A DNA stretch of 64,000 nucleotides, from NCBI GenBank assembly GCA_028534125.1, contig CM052817.1:52640001-52704000 (forward strand). The letters are read 5' to 3'. The notes beneath the pieces are model-generated. The model saw only the letters and a list, made by a program, of their open reading frames with translations, made no database searches and had not been told where the DNA came from. This DNA comes from Lama glama. Its lineage: Eukaryota. Below are positions 24,760-37,499 of the stretch, piece by piece. Every line of letters starts with the position of its first letter. Within the stretch, counting starts at the first letter, position 1. The position numbers and the translations under genes were made by a program.

Positions 24760-24942
24760 CACTGAGTTGTTGACACGGAGATGATGCTTCTTTTGGCTAA
24801 TATTTGGGCTCTATGGTCTGCAAGCTCTCCTCATCTCCTTTATCTCTTGCCCCATTTTCCTCCCAAGTGTTCCATTAATAAGTCTCTTACATGTCTTATC
24901 CCAACTTGGTGCCTGCTTCTTTGACATTCCAAACTGGCTCAG
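24760..24942 (+). mobile_element. ERVL-class 3' LTR remnant (LTR16-like)
   Basis: TTAATAAGTCTCTTACATGTCTTATCCCAACTTGGTGCCTGCTTCTT resembles the LTR16 U5 end. Confidence 0.6.
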
Positions 24943-25114
24943 TCTTAAAGAATTCTTTTGAGTATGAGAGACCAACAGGGATGAGCAATGAGTAGATGAA
25001 TTAAAGGATTCTCATATTATCATAGGGAGAGGAAAGACAGAGGCAAAATAATCTATTTGAAATGTATTTGGGGCTAGAATAATTTTTCAGTGCTAACATT
25101 TTTTGTGGTCATGT

Positions 25115-25212
25115 TTTAAAATAAACTAAAAAAAATAGGTTTAGATTTACAGAAAAGTTGAGAAGATAGTACAGAAGGATTCCAAGTATTCCATACACAG
25201 ATTCCCCTCTAA
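25115..25212 (-). mobile_element. Short L1MC/MD 3' tail
   Basis: TTTAGATTTACAGAAAAGTTGAGAAGATAGTACAGA. Confidence 0.65.
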
Positions 25213-25229
25213 GTCTTTGCTTGTACACT

Positions 25230-25523
25230 CCAAATAATGCCTCATTCTACATACAGAGTAAGATTTTTCTAAATTTGAGATATGACAATGTTATATCCTT
25301 GCTTAGAATCTTTGAATTACGTCCCTTGTTACAATACAAAATTTTAAAAATTAGCATTATTTTAAGAATCCATATGGTTTGGCCACTCATCACTTTTCTA
25401 ATTTTAACCATAGTTACAGTTCTCCTCATTCTCTATTTACACTAACCATCCTTGCATTTCTCAGTCATGCCTTGTCACTTTGATATTCCAGAGTTTCTCC
25501 AGAGAAACTGAACCAACAGTGTA

Positions 25524-25569
<46 letters not shown>

Positions 25570-26385
25570 TGTACGCACACACACTCTGGATCAAGTGTTT
25601 CTGCAGGCTAAGAAATCCCTTGGTCTGCCACCCTTAAGCTGCAGAATAAGGAAAGTGTAGTGTAAGTCAGTCTAAGTCTGAATTCCTGAAAGCCACAGGA
25701 GCCAGTAGTGTAACTCTCAATCCAAAGTCAAAGGCCCTAATATCTAAGGACAAAAAAAGATTGACATCCCAGCTAAAGCATAAAGAAAGCAAATTCACCC
25801 TTCCTTTGCCTTTTTTTTTTTTTGCCACTGGAGCCCTCAATGGATTTGATGATGCCTGCCCTCATTGGAGAGGGTGGATCTCTTCATTCAGTCTGCTGAA
25901 TCAAATACTAATATCCTTCAGAAACAACCTCACTGACACACCCAGATATAATGTTTTAACTGCTATCTGAGTATCCCTTAGCCCATCGAAGCTGACGCAT
26001 AAAATTAACCATTGCAAGTGTCTTGTTTAAGTTTTTTTTGTTTGTACCCTCTGGCTACCTGGTTCCCCTGCATTGTCCTTCCTCAGCCTACCCTGCTTCA
26101 CCTAGTAAATTCCAACTATAATTTTAGATGACAAATAGGCACTGCATTCTCAAGGAATACTCTGAGTGTTACCTGTTTTACCTGTGTTTACCTGCAGTAC
26201 TTGTGTTCTCTCAGTTTCATAAAACTAAATTTTTTTAAAGCTGAATGAATTCATATATTTTAAATGTGTGTATTCAATACAAGATGCTAAGATATATGAT
26301 AGCATGTCTGTCTTTCTTCTGTTACATAACCACAGTGGCTAGCGCATAGTGGGCATTTGTGAAAGAAGAAAGAGGGCAGAAAGGA
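25230..26385 (+). mobile_element. L2 split by an MLT2 LTR
   Basis: L2-like sequence at 25230-25480 and 26020-26385, ending ACAGTGGCTAGCGCATAGTGGGCA. Confidence 0.6.
25481..26016 (-). mobile_element. MLT2-family solo LTR
   Basis: TTCTCCAGAGAAACTGAACCAACAG, a (CA)n tract at 25526-25583, then ACACCCAGATATAATGTTTTAAC...CATAAAATTAACCATTGCA. Confidence 0.9.
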
Positions 26386-27207
26386 AGGGAAGTAAAGAAG
26401 AGAAGAATGGAAGGAAGGATTTCAAGCTACCAAGCTAATATAGGAAAAATATATGCCAGTTGTGTTAATGTCACATCCTTTTCTTTTCTTCCAAAGAATC
26501 AAGTCTGTAAAGGAAGGGATGACAAAATTTTTCACTTGTTTTCATTTGAGTGACAGTTATTTTGGCATATATCTTACCTCAAAAATGTACACTGCATTTG
26601 GGCGAAAACTTGGATATAATTTGTTCTCTTTTCCAGGTTGCTCAATAAGAGTAATTAAGTTTCCGAGAAGAACTCAAACATATTTCCTCACATAAATGGA
26701 GTAATAAATTTATTTGACTCCAAGGGCTAATAATTTTTCAAAATGTATTTAGCTTCCTGTATCAACATCATCTGTTAAAACATACAAATATTTAACAATC
26801 ATATTAATTTATTTAATGTTAAGTATTTAGTTAATTAATTGGCTATAACTGTGATTCACTTTTCAAAATACCAAGTTCACCATACTTTCTATGGAATGGT
26901 AATATGGTTTATATTCTTTAAAGCTGATAATTTTTAAAAAATATTTCTATTGATTTTTCCTGCATTCTTATTTGAGTACATTTGTATTTTAGAAATGTGT
27001 AACATTTACCTAGTTAATGACCTGTTTATATTATAACTTGAGATAGTTCTCAGTCTTCCCACTCATCATATTTTACTTTGCTCATTTTAAGTGAGAATGG
27101 TGTTATTATAACACATGATTTCACAAAGTTACATAGTGGGTTATATTTACTAGGAAGCCTAGAAGTACTGTATTTTTCCTTTGAGATCACCCAACTGTTA
27201 TCTACGG

Positions 27208-27285
27208 CAGTATCTCTCAAACTCCTTTGTCTTAGGAGTTCTTCATGCTCTTAAAGATGATTGGGGTTCCAAATAAAGCTTCCTG
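27208..27285. mobile_element. hAT-Charlie DNA transposon terminus (Charlie1-like)
   Basis: CAGTATCTCTCAAACTCCTTTGTCTTAGGAGTTCTTCATGCTCTTAAAGATGATTGGGG resembles a Charlie1 terminal sequence. Confidence 0.55.
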
Positions 27286-27469
27286 AATAGACCCCTGGGT
27301 AATAATGTAATGCACTGTAAAAGAAATCTGAGTAAACACAAAATAATTGATTTACAAATACTTTATTTAAATATATATGTACATATATTTAATATATATA
27401 ATGAAGACTCACTAACACTTTTCAAATTACAGACTACTTCAGAGAATAGATCAAAGTCCACTGGAAATG

Positions 27470-27619
27470 TGAGAATATGCCTCTGTCCCATCCCAGATTA
27501 ATTCATCAATATCCCTAGGTCTGGGCCCCAGGCTGTTGTTATTTGATTGTTTGTTGTACTTTTGTTTTGGTTAAGGTTTCTAGATGATTCTGCTTCACAG
27601 TTATGGTTGAGAACTACTA
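27470..27619. mobile_element. MER5-like hAT MITE fragment
   Basis: CCCATCCCAGA...CTGGGCCCCAGG...CTAGATGATTCT...GGTTGAGAACTACT. Confidence 0.6.
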
Positions 27620-28584
27620 ATTACTAATTTAACCATGGAACATTGTCCACAGAATCCATGCTCTTGATTAGCTCTATGCTCCAGAGTAACTCTGTCTCCA
27701 AAGCTATGGTAAATGCACTTTGTTGCTATATACAAAGATTCTTCAGAAGCAATCAATTTCAAAATCCAGAACTTCCATATGTGGTGTTTCTTAAAGCTCA
27801 TCATCTGACAGCCTTGTTCACAATAGTCCGTTTCCTATTTTATTAATGTAAGTGCATGTACACCATATATATATACACACACACACACAACACACACACA
27901 CACATATATTGAATCTAATAGGTGAAACTGCTTTCTTTTACTCTCATGTTTCAATGTGGAGGTACTTAGAGTAATACTACTGCATGACTTCAGCCACCTG
28001 AATCAATCTTCACAGGTTGGTGTGCTAGAGAGAGGAAGGAAAAAAAGAACATGTTCATCTCCCTCTTAGTTCTTCTGGCAGATGTGACTGTTGAAATAAG
28101 TAAGTTGTCAATTTTATGTACTGCAAAGATATTTGGACTTCTTTATAACTCTTTTTATGGTACCACTGATGATGGAAAATTCTTAATTTTGCGTATTTTA
28201 ATTTATCCATTTTACTTTTCTTTTTGGTGGGTGCCTCTTCTGGTCTTGTTTAAGCTTCTTTTTCTCTTTTCAAGGTTGTAAATATACTCTATATTACCTG
28301 AAGGGGATATTTTAGGAAAGAGGAAGAGAAAATGATTGAAAGGCTAGCAAAGGGAAGAAAGTTTTTAAAAAAAAAACTGCATTTTTTAAGTATGAAGAAA
28401 ATTTTAAAATATTTATATGCCCAAAGATATTTTATATAGAAATATTTATATCAAAATTAATTAAAATAGAAGCCAAATTCTGTTAATAAATTTATTTCTA
28501 ATCTCTCTGTATTATTCAGTGAAATAAAAGTAATACAAAACTAGTTCATAACAGTGTAAAAATTCGTTGAGTGTAATCTTTAGG

Positions 28585-28715
28585 ACTGTCTGTGGAGTCA
28601 GAAAATCAGTATGCTAATCCTGGCTCACTCAGTCTCCTAATCTGTAAATTGAATAAGACAAAAAGTACTTGATGCATAAGGTTACCAAAATGATTAAATA
28701 AGAAATGCATTGTAG
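28585..28715 (+). mobile_element. MIR SINE
   Basis: TGGAGTCAGA...AATCCTGGCTC...CTCAGTCTCCTAATCTGTAAATTG...ATGATTAAATAAGA core. Confidence 0.75.
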
Positions 28716-29814
28716 TAAATATATATATATGTATATATATATATTTTTTTTTTCTTTTTAGAATATTTTACATTTAGGAGCTCCTCTTTTCCTCTTTATG
28801 TAATTGTGCTGGGTTATCAATAGGTGACAGTAACTCTTTCACCAGGATTGGGACCAGTTTACTCAATTTGAGCACTCAGATTACTGAGACCCACTTTTTC
28901 TCAATGTCACTTTTTCATTTCTGATCTTTAAATTCCAGGAGCCGAAAAAGCCTTCTACATTACTTTATCAGATTTTGTTTTGTCCTTTTTCATTATAAAT
29001 AGGCAAGTCCTAACAAATATATTCCTAGAAAGCATTTATAATGTTCTCATATACTAAGTATCTACTTAATAACAGGCATAATCACTGTAATGAAGAGGAT
29101 TGAAGCTAAGCAATAACAAGGGAGTTAAAAATCATTCCAAAGCTGTGTGAGCTCAGCTATAAGATATGAACATCCCTGAGACTCATTTATTCTTTATTCA
29201 TTAAGTCAGTCATTCAACAAATATCACTTGAGCCATTAATAGAGTTAGGAACTCACATAAATTTTAGGATTAAAAATGTGCACTACTCTTAAAATATATT
29301 GAGCCAGGAAAGCAAAGAGTTCTTCTTCTCATTTTCCCGTTTATATTTTTCTATGACTCTGTTCATTCCTTTACAAACAGAAATAAACTCAATAAAAATG
29401 TCAGATGTTCTAAATAACTGTTGCAGGAGCAAATAAGAATAACATAGAATTAAGTCATTTATTTCCAATTTAATAAAATCAATTGTTTAATGTAAATCAA
29501 AAGTATTGTCTTTAAATAATGCACAAAAATGATTCTGGAAAACAAAACCAAATAATAAAGATTCAGATATTAAGAACAAAACTATATAGTTGAAATATAA
29601 TAAAATCACTACTCCTTACTATATCTATTTTGTCCATAAACCTTTCTGTATTTCAAGGTCATGAAGCTTGGTCTATTTTAGCACATATTTTAATAAAAAT
29701 AAATTCACTGGAAGGAAAGTGCATATAGCTGAAATGTTCTTGTGTGTGTGCATTAAGTAACACTAAGAATTCCAGAAGCCAAGTTCTCATAAGCATGTAA
29801 AGTTGTTTGAATTA

Positions 29815-30310
29815 TTTATGGCCACAATTTAATGCTGCTCCTCAAACAATCACAAAACCTCAGTGGCATTTCACAATAAATATTTATATTTCTTCGCCCA
29901 GGAGTTTATGCATTACCTGGATGATTTTTCTGAAGCAAGCCAGAATCAGCTGATTTCAGCTTGGCTTACTCATATGTTCATGGTCAGCTGGAGGGTTGGA
30001 TGTAGTCTGGAAGTATATAGGCTTGCTGGTTTAAGGATTTGACTGAATTGACGCAGCTTTCCTCTGTCTGGTCTTTCATTCACTAGCAGATTACCTGGGT
30101 TTGTTTCCATACTAGAGCAAGTATTACTTAAAGAGGAAGGATTGAGGCACACAAGGCTTCTTAGTCTTTTCAAATTCCCATGACACTGTTTCAATTGTGG
30201 TGCATTCAGTTAGCCAATGCAAGACACAAGTTCAACTCAGATTTAAGAAGTGGAGATAATAGACTCCAGAGATTTGAAGAGCTCAAAGTCACATAGCAAA
30301 GTTTGTGCAT
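29815..30310 (-). mobile_element. MaLR LTR (MLT1H/J-like)
   Basis: CACAAAACCTCAGTGGCATTTCACAATAAATATTTAT...GCTTACTCATATGTTC...AAAGTCACATAGCAAAG. Confidence 0.75.
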
Positions 30311-30999
30311 GTATTCTTCCCATATATATAAGTATATATGGAAAGTGGGGTGGTTTTATAATTCTGTATTTTTCCCAAGTAACTCAGAACATTAGCTATC
30401 CAATAGAATACACAGAGGCCCATCTATCTGATATAGATGTATCTGATACATCTGTAGTAAACTGAAAGCATTTTTCTTGAAAAATGTGCTTATTTGAGAA
30501 ACACTTACCTTCTTCAATAATCCAATGTAATATTTTTAAAAAATCTACAGGATGTAAAACTACTCAAAACTATCTGTCCAACTAAATAGGAAATAGAAAA
30601 TTCAGTTCAATTCTAATTGTATTGCAGCCTACAAAGCCTGCATTTTTGTCATTAAAGTCAAGCAGTTTAGAAATTAATAAGCATTTGTCTGTCTGAATAT
30701 GGCTTCATGAATTTTAAACAGGATGAGACATTGCTGTATTACATCTTTCATCAAACAATAGTCTCCTGCTATTATCAGTGACAGATTAAAACTAACTGTG
30801 TTTTTCTTTAAATGACTGATGCATATATAATTTCTGAGCAGTTAATATCTGGTGCATAGTGAAATTTTGAAATGTCTTAATATATTTTTTCAAGTATAAT
30901 TTAAGAAAGAAAACATATCAATTAACATGTTCATTTTATTAAATGCTCAAGTAGGTGCAGCTTGTGTCCAACAAATACTATGTCAGTGGTATTCATAGA

Positions 31000-31365
31000 T
31001 TTAGTCACAGTAGTAGTAGTCTTTTTCTTTCTGGCATGTGATGGGATTGAAATTTCTTTCCTCCTTTGAAAGTAAGCATAGCCATATGACTCTCTTTGGG
31101 CCTGTGTTATGAGTGGAAATGATTCCTATCCTTTCTGGAAGGATATTTAAGAACATGGTTTGCCATGTTCTCTTCCCTTTGTTCAGGTGGTGGTGGGAAA
31201 ATATGTGATAGTTGTCATGGTCGTTTGGAACCCCTTAGTCATTAAGATGAATAGACCTCCCTTCCAAACTTCCAAAAAAGGCATATGTATGAGAGATAAG
31301 TCAACTTTTCTTGTGTTGTCACTGTGATTTTCAGATTTTTGTTTAGTCTCAGTGCATTCTGTCTG
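31000..31365 (+). mobile_element. Old MaLR LTR (MLT1J/K-like)
   Basis: TTTGAAAGTAAGCATAGCCATATGACTCTCTTTGGGCC...TGAGTGGAAATGA...GCCATGTTCTCTTCCC. Confidence 0.6.
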
Positions 31366-31599
31366 AATTAGATGTGGCTCAGTGTATCTTGATTTTAAGT
31401 TTGCTATAAATTAAATTTGTGTTTAGGGTTACAAGTAAAGATGGTTGATTTTAATGCATGTAGCTAAGAGTATGGGCATTTTCAGTCTTCTGTGTAAGGA
31501 TTCTTAGAAATGTAAGTAGATACTAAAAATTTCAGTAATGTTTTAATGCTTTGATATTTATAGACATAATACTTCATAAATATATCTGTAGATAATTAT

Positions 31600-32280
31600 A
31601 AAATAATAGTTACTATTTATATGCCTATTATAGTATAGGCATTTTTTGTTACTGTTATTTTTTATCTTGTTTAATCTTTCCAACAACCTTGTAAGCTACT
31701 TGTTTTCAGTATGTATCTTACTTCAGGATGCTATAACTGTATGTCTTAAACAACAGAAATATATTTTCTCACAGTTCTGGAGGCTGTAAAGTCCAAGATC
31801 TAGGTTATAGCCTATTTGGTTTCTGATGAGGACTCTCTTCCTTGGTTGTAGACAGCTGCCTTCAAGCTGTGTCCCCACACAGTAGAGAGAGAATGAGCAA
31901 GTTCTCTGGTACATCCTCTTATAAGGACGTAATCCTATTGGATCAGGGTCCTACCTTTATGTCTTCATTTAGCCTTAATTATTTCCTAACTCCAAATATA
32001 GTCACATTGGAGGTTAAGGCACAACATGTGAATTTGGGAGGACATGTGTATTTATTCCATTATAGTATATGTCCTTCCTTTTTCTTTTTTCCTTTCTTGT
32101 TTCCTTTCTTCTTTCTTTCTTTCCTTTCACACTTCCTTACTTTTTTAATCTCTTTCCGCTGTTAGTACTTTGTGCTTTATTTATTTATTTTTAAAACATT
32201 TCATCTAAAATAGTGTATTGAGATAGTAGTGACTTAGTCAAGATCACACAGCTAATTAAACCCAGGCATTTTGACTCTTG
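31600..32280 (-). mobile_element. MIR split by an MLT1A-like LTR
   Basis: MIR-like sequence at 31600-31710 (TTTAATCTTTCCAACAACCTTGTAAG) resumes at ~32220 (GTGACTTAGTCAAGATCACACAGCTAA). Confidence 0.6.
31712..32063 (-). mobile_element. MaLR solo LTR (MLT1A-like)
   Basis: TTAAACAACAGAAATATATTTTCTCACAGTTCTGGAGGCTGTAAAGTCCAAGATC...CCAAATATAGTCACATTGGAGGTTAAGG. Confidence 0.9.
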
Positions 32281-33059
32281 ATTTTTTTTTTATTATTTTA
32301 CTAACATCCACCTTTATGAACACCACAATATTTTGTTTTCCCTTTTTTAGTGTTCACAGTGTTTATATAATGAATTCTACTTAGTGTATACTTGTTTTTG
32401 TTATGGGGTAAAGCTCATTTATAGTCTGCTTTTAAGTTAGGGAAATGGGGAGACTATTTCGTATTTAGATATTTCTTATTACTTAGGATATATGCTATTA
32501 GAAAATATTTCTGTAGATTTAAAGCAGCATAATTAGACACAGTTCCTCTTCTGTCACAAGAAAATGACTTAAAAGTAAATATAGTCTACATAAAACTCAT
32601 TCATTTAATTTTATAAAAAAAAATCGCAATCCACTCAATCTTTATTATTTTATGACTTCATCATCTGTTAGGTATTTCTTGTTTCATTTATTACCATCAA
32701 AATGCTGCCAGTCAAAATATAAGTACATTATTTTCTAATTTAAAATTGTGTTTATAATTACTGTGAGAGTTGTGTTAGCTTAACACATGAAACTTTCTGC
32801 ATATATCATTCTTGTGCAATGATTAAAAAATTAGGCTAAATAAATTGCTTAAGATATTTCTCAAATTTCAATGAGTCCAACTCTTCTGAATAATTTCTCA
32901 CATATAGTTTACAATGTATTTGTTTTTCCAAAGATATCACATCATCCTCTGTATCATTGTGTATCAGTGATGCCTTATTTCATAACGGAGTGCTCTGATA
33001 TTGTGTCCAAGTTATTTTTCAAGGTGGAGGACACACATTATGCACATGTCTGAATGTTA

Positions 33060-33515
33060 AATGAAATATTCATTTACTCAGTGAAAGAAACCAATCTGAA
33101 AAGGCACATACTATATGATTGCAACTAATAACATTCTGTAAAAGGCAAAACTATGGAGACAACGTAAAGATCAATGGTTGTCAGGGGAGTGAGACAGGGA
33201 ATGGGATGAATAGGCAGAGCACAGAGGATTTTTAAGGTAGTAAAAATATTGTTATGATATTATAATGAGCATAAGTTTTTCCAAACACATAAAATGTACA
33301 GCACCAAGTGTGATCCTAAAATAAACTAAGGACTTTGGGTGATTATGATGAGTCAACGTAGGTTCATCCTTGATAAAAATATTATGTACCATTTTGGTGA
33401 GTGATGCTGACAATGGGGGAGGCTATGCATGTGTAATGGCAGATGGTGTTTAGGAACTCTTTTACCTCTCTTTCAATTTTGTTTTAACCCTAAAACTGCT
33501 ATAAAAATTGTCTTT
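33060..33515 (+). mobile_element. L1MC1/2-like 3'UTR
   Basis: GTGAAAGAAACCAATCTGAAAAGGC...AAAGGCAAAACTATGGAGACA...AACCCTAAAACTGCTATAAAAA. Confidence 0.85.
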
Positions 33516-33611
33516 AGAAAAGAAAGAGGAAGGAAGGAAAGAAAGATGGAAGGAGAAAGAGAGAGAGAGAGAGAGAGAACGAATGAACAAACGAAAGAAA
33601 GAAAGAAGAAA
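33516..33611. repeat. GA-rich compound microsatellite
   Basis: Visible (GAAA)/(GGAA)/(GA)n tract. Confidence 0.95.
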
Positions 33612-33872
33612 CACTCTTCCTTTCTGACTGGCTGTCTTTGCGCTGAGACATCAGTTTTCTCCTGCTTTGTATTTGGAATTAGACTAGAGCTTACCATTGG
33701 CTCTCCTGGGTCTACAGCTTGTTGACTACAGGTTTTGGAATTCTTAGCCTCCATAATTGCAGAGCTAATTCATAGTAAATCAGCCCATCTCTCTCTGCCT
33801 CTGTCTGTCTGTCTGTCTCTCTCTATATACATCCTCTTGGTTCTGTTTCTCTGAAGAATCCACACTAGTACA
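33612..33872 (+). mobile_element. MLT2 LTR, 3' half
   Basis: CCATTGGCTCTCCTGGGTCT...CTTAGCCTCCATAATTGC...TTGGTTCTGTTTCTCTGAAGAATCC...TACA. Confidence 0.85.
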
Positions 33873-33899
33873 GATAGTGCAGAAAAGTGAAGTGGTGAA

Positions 33900-36800
33900 G
33901 TGGCAATGAATTTTAGGTGCCCTCCTCAACATAAAAAGATACTCCCTTTTTTATAACAAGAAAAAAAAAAGCTGGAAAAAATTGAGAATCAACATTTCTT
34001 TTTGTACCCACCAGAGAATTGAGGTTTTAGGGCAAACTAGGAGAAACAGATGAATGCAAGAAATACAAATGAGATCAGTTTATAAGAAACAGAAAATGCT
34101 AGAGCCATAAACTGGTAGGAATATGCAAATGGTAATACTCGAGGTTTAAAGTCGACTATCATGAGAGAGAAATTCTTAGGTACTGCAGTCATACAGAACT
34201 GTCCACATTTTCTTGGGTTTTACTCTTAGGAATCCAATTAGGTTCCCATGATGAAAAGGCAGAAAGAATTATCTCAAGTCTTTGGCAGGGAGAAGGGAAA
34301 GTAACTTAATCTGAAACATGTCCATCGCATTTTATGTAACAAAGGCCTACTCTGCAGTGAAAAAGACTTTACTACAGCTTTGTCTTACATAGTTAGTGGG
34401 CAATTACACAATTCTAAATTTCTAGCTTTCCTGTCTCATGCAAGGGGGCAGGAGCAGTTCAGACAGGAATGCTCTGATGGGAATGCTACAAGATCAGAAA
34501 TACTTGTGAAAGATTATAGCCCAGAAACACAGGCCCACTAAAAGACTGACACTTAATCATAAGATTATAGAATGTTTCCCCTTCTCCACTCCTTACTACT
34601 ATATCAACAGGGCACCAGTACAACAGCAGAGGATCAACTGAAAGAGCTATTAGCTCAGGCTCTGTTTAAGGAGCCTTTCAGGAAAGACAGAGCTAATAGA
34701 GAAGACAAAAATAAGGACACCAGAAGAATTTGAGGCCCTTGTTATCTACAGCTATAGTAAACAAGAAACACAGCCCAACTCCTATGGGATTAACATAAAA
34801 CTTCACATTAAATACAAGTTTACCTCAGCTCCTATTATGTTTCATATCATGTCTGGCTTTCAATAATTTAAAAAAAAAAAGTCATGTTGAGAGTCAAGAA
34901 AAAGCCTGAAGAGACAAAGCAAGCATCAGAATCAAAGTCAGATGTGACACACATTTTCGAATTATTGGAGACAGGATTCCAATAACTATGACTGACATTT
35001 TAAGGACTCTAATGCAAAAGTTAGAAAAACATGTGAGAACAAATGAGAAATTTAAGCAGAAAAATGGATATAAGAAAGAATCAAAAGGAAATTTTGGAAA
35101 TTAAATATACTGTAATATAAAGAATTCTTTTGGTGGGCTCTTCAATAAATAGGATATACTCAAGGAAAGAAGCAGTGAGGTTGAAAATATGTCAATAGAA
35201 AATTACAAACTGAAATATTAAGAGAGAAAGAATAAAAATAAAAGAACAACTAGGAACTAGAACTATGGTACAATTTTTACAAATGTTCGATGGGCATAAT
35301 TGAAATACTACAAGGAGAAGAAAATGATGATGAAGAAGAAGAAATAGTTGAAGCAATAATATACAAAAAAAATGAAAATTAATCTCCAACCCCAAAGCAC
35401 AGATCTGGAAGTCTAGGGAACACCAAGCATAATAAATACATATTTTTAAAAACCTACATTTAAATATATTCTATTTAAGCTTCAGCAAGATAAAACAAAG
35501 GGAAAACTTGAAGCAAATGGGGAGTGAGTGGAATGAAACTTTGTCTATAGTGGTAAAATAATAAAAATTATAATGAAATACTTGTCAGAATCCAGCCATG
35601 CAAAAGAGAGTGAAATGAAATAATTAAGAAAATATTTAAAGAAAAACAACTCAGAATTCTATATCCAGGGAAATTATCCTTCAAAAGTAAGGAGAAATAT
35701 ATACTTTTTTTAGACAAAAAAAAAATCTGAGGAAATTCATCACCTGTCATGCAGGAAATGTTAAAGGATTTTCTTCAATGAGAAAAAGTAATAGTAAAAT
35801 TCAGAAAATTTGATCTATATAAAAAATGGGAAAGTTGCATAAGAATAAATACAGAAAATTCAAATTGATTTTCTTGTTCTTAATTTGTCTAATAGGTAAA
35901 GGTTTGTTCACAGTAAAAGTGGTAACAATGTGTTGCATGAATATAGCATATAGATAACTGAAATAAATGAAAGCATTTTTTTAAGGTCCAAAAGAGAAGA
36001 ATAGGTACTAACTACCTGTACTACACTTGAAGTGGTATAGTGTTATTTGAAAATAGACTTAGATTAGTTATAAATGTATACTGCAAACTCTAGGGCAAAT
36101 ATTTTAAAAATTAGATAGAATATAATCAATATACATAGAAGAGATACAAATCAATCAAATAAATTGCACAGTTAGACCCCAAAAAAGCCAAAGATACGAA
36201 GAAAATAAAAGAGGAGAAAAGAAGTGCAGTCAATAGAAAATGGTACAAAATCATAGATAATAATACAACCGTATCAATAATCACTTTGAATATGAATGAT
36301 CTAAATGCATTAATTAAAAGACAAGAGTTTTTTTTAAATGTATGAAAATACAAAACCCAACTATATTTTGTCTACAAGAAACCCTCTTTATAAAGACACC
36401 AAATGGTTAATAGTAAAGCAGCAGACAGTTATACCATGCTAATCAAAAGAAATCTGGAGTAGCTGTATTAATTTCAGAGATAGCAAAATTCAGAACAGGA
36501 AACCTTGCCAGAGATAAAGATGAGCATTATGTGAAGATCTTCATGTAACAATAAGATTTAACAGTCTTTAACGTGTGTGCCACTAACAAAAAAGTATCAA
36601 AATACATGCATCAAAAACAAAGGAGATATATACAAATCCACTATTATTACACACAAACTTCTCTTTAGTAAATAATAGGTCAAAAAGGCAGAAAATCTAT
36701 AAATACATAGTTTATTTGAAAAGCATTACCAATCAATTTGATTTAATCGGCATATAGAATACTCTTCAGAAACAGCAAAATACACATTCCTCTCAAGATA

Positions 36801-37465
36801 ACATGACAGTCACAAAAATAAACCAAATTCTGAACCATAAAATACACATTAACAAATTTGTAAAGAAATAGAGGTTATGCAAAAAAGTTCTCAGGGTACA
36901 ATTGAATTAAACTGGAAATTAAGGACAAAAGGGTATCTGGAAAATCCCAAATATTTAAAGATTAAACAACACACCTCTATATAACACATAGGCCAAAGAA
37001 GAAGGCTCAAGAGAAATTTAAAAAATATATATTTTAAACTAAATGAAAATGAAAATACCACTTAAATGTGTAGTATTCATGAGAAATTTTTAAAAAATAT
37101 TTTAAAGTAAGTGAAAATGAAAATACCACTTAAAAAGTGTTTAAAGAGAAATTTGTAGAATTAATGCATACATTATAAAAGAAGAAAAATCTAAAATCAA
37201 CAATCTAGCCATCTACCTTAGGAAACTAGAAAAAGAAGTACAATTTAAGACAAAAGCAAGCAGAAGAAAAAGGAAATAACAAAAACCAGAGAGGAAATCA
37301 AGGAAATTAAAAACAGAGAAAATCAGTAAATCCAAAACTAGTTCTTTGAAAAGATTACTAAAATAGAGGAATCTCTAGCTAGGATAACAGAAATAAAAGA
37401 CAGAAGGCACACATTACTAATGTCAGGGATGAAATGAGCACACTAACTCCTAAGCCTTCATTTCT
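33900..37465 (+). mobile_element. Old L1M: 5' region, degenerate ORF1, inter-ORF and ORF2 endonuclease
   Basis: A-rich sense L1. ORF1-end-like AGAATTCTATATCCAGGGAAATTATCCTTCAAAAGT at ~35655. ORF2-start-like TATCAATAATCACTTTGAATATGAATGATCTAAATGC at ~36275. AACTAGTTCTTTGAAAAGATT at ~37340. Confidence 0.85.
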
Positions 37466-37499
37466 AATATAATTTCCCAATAAAAGGAAACAACTTTTT

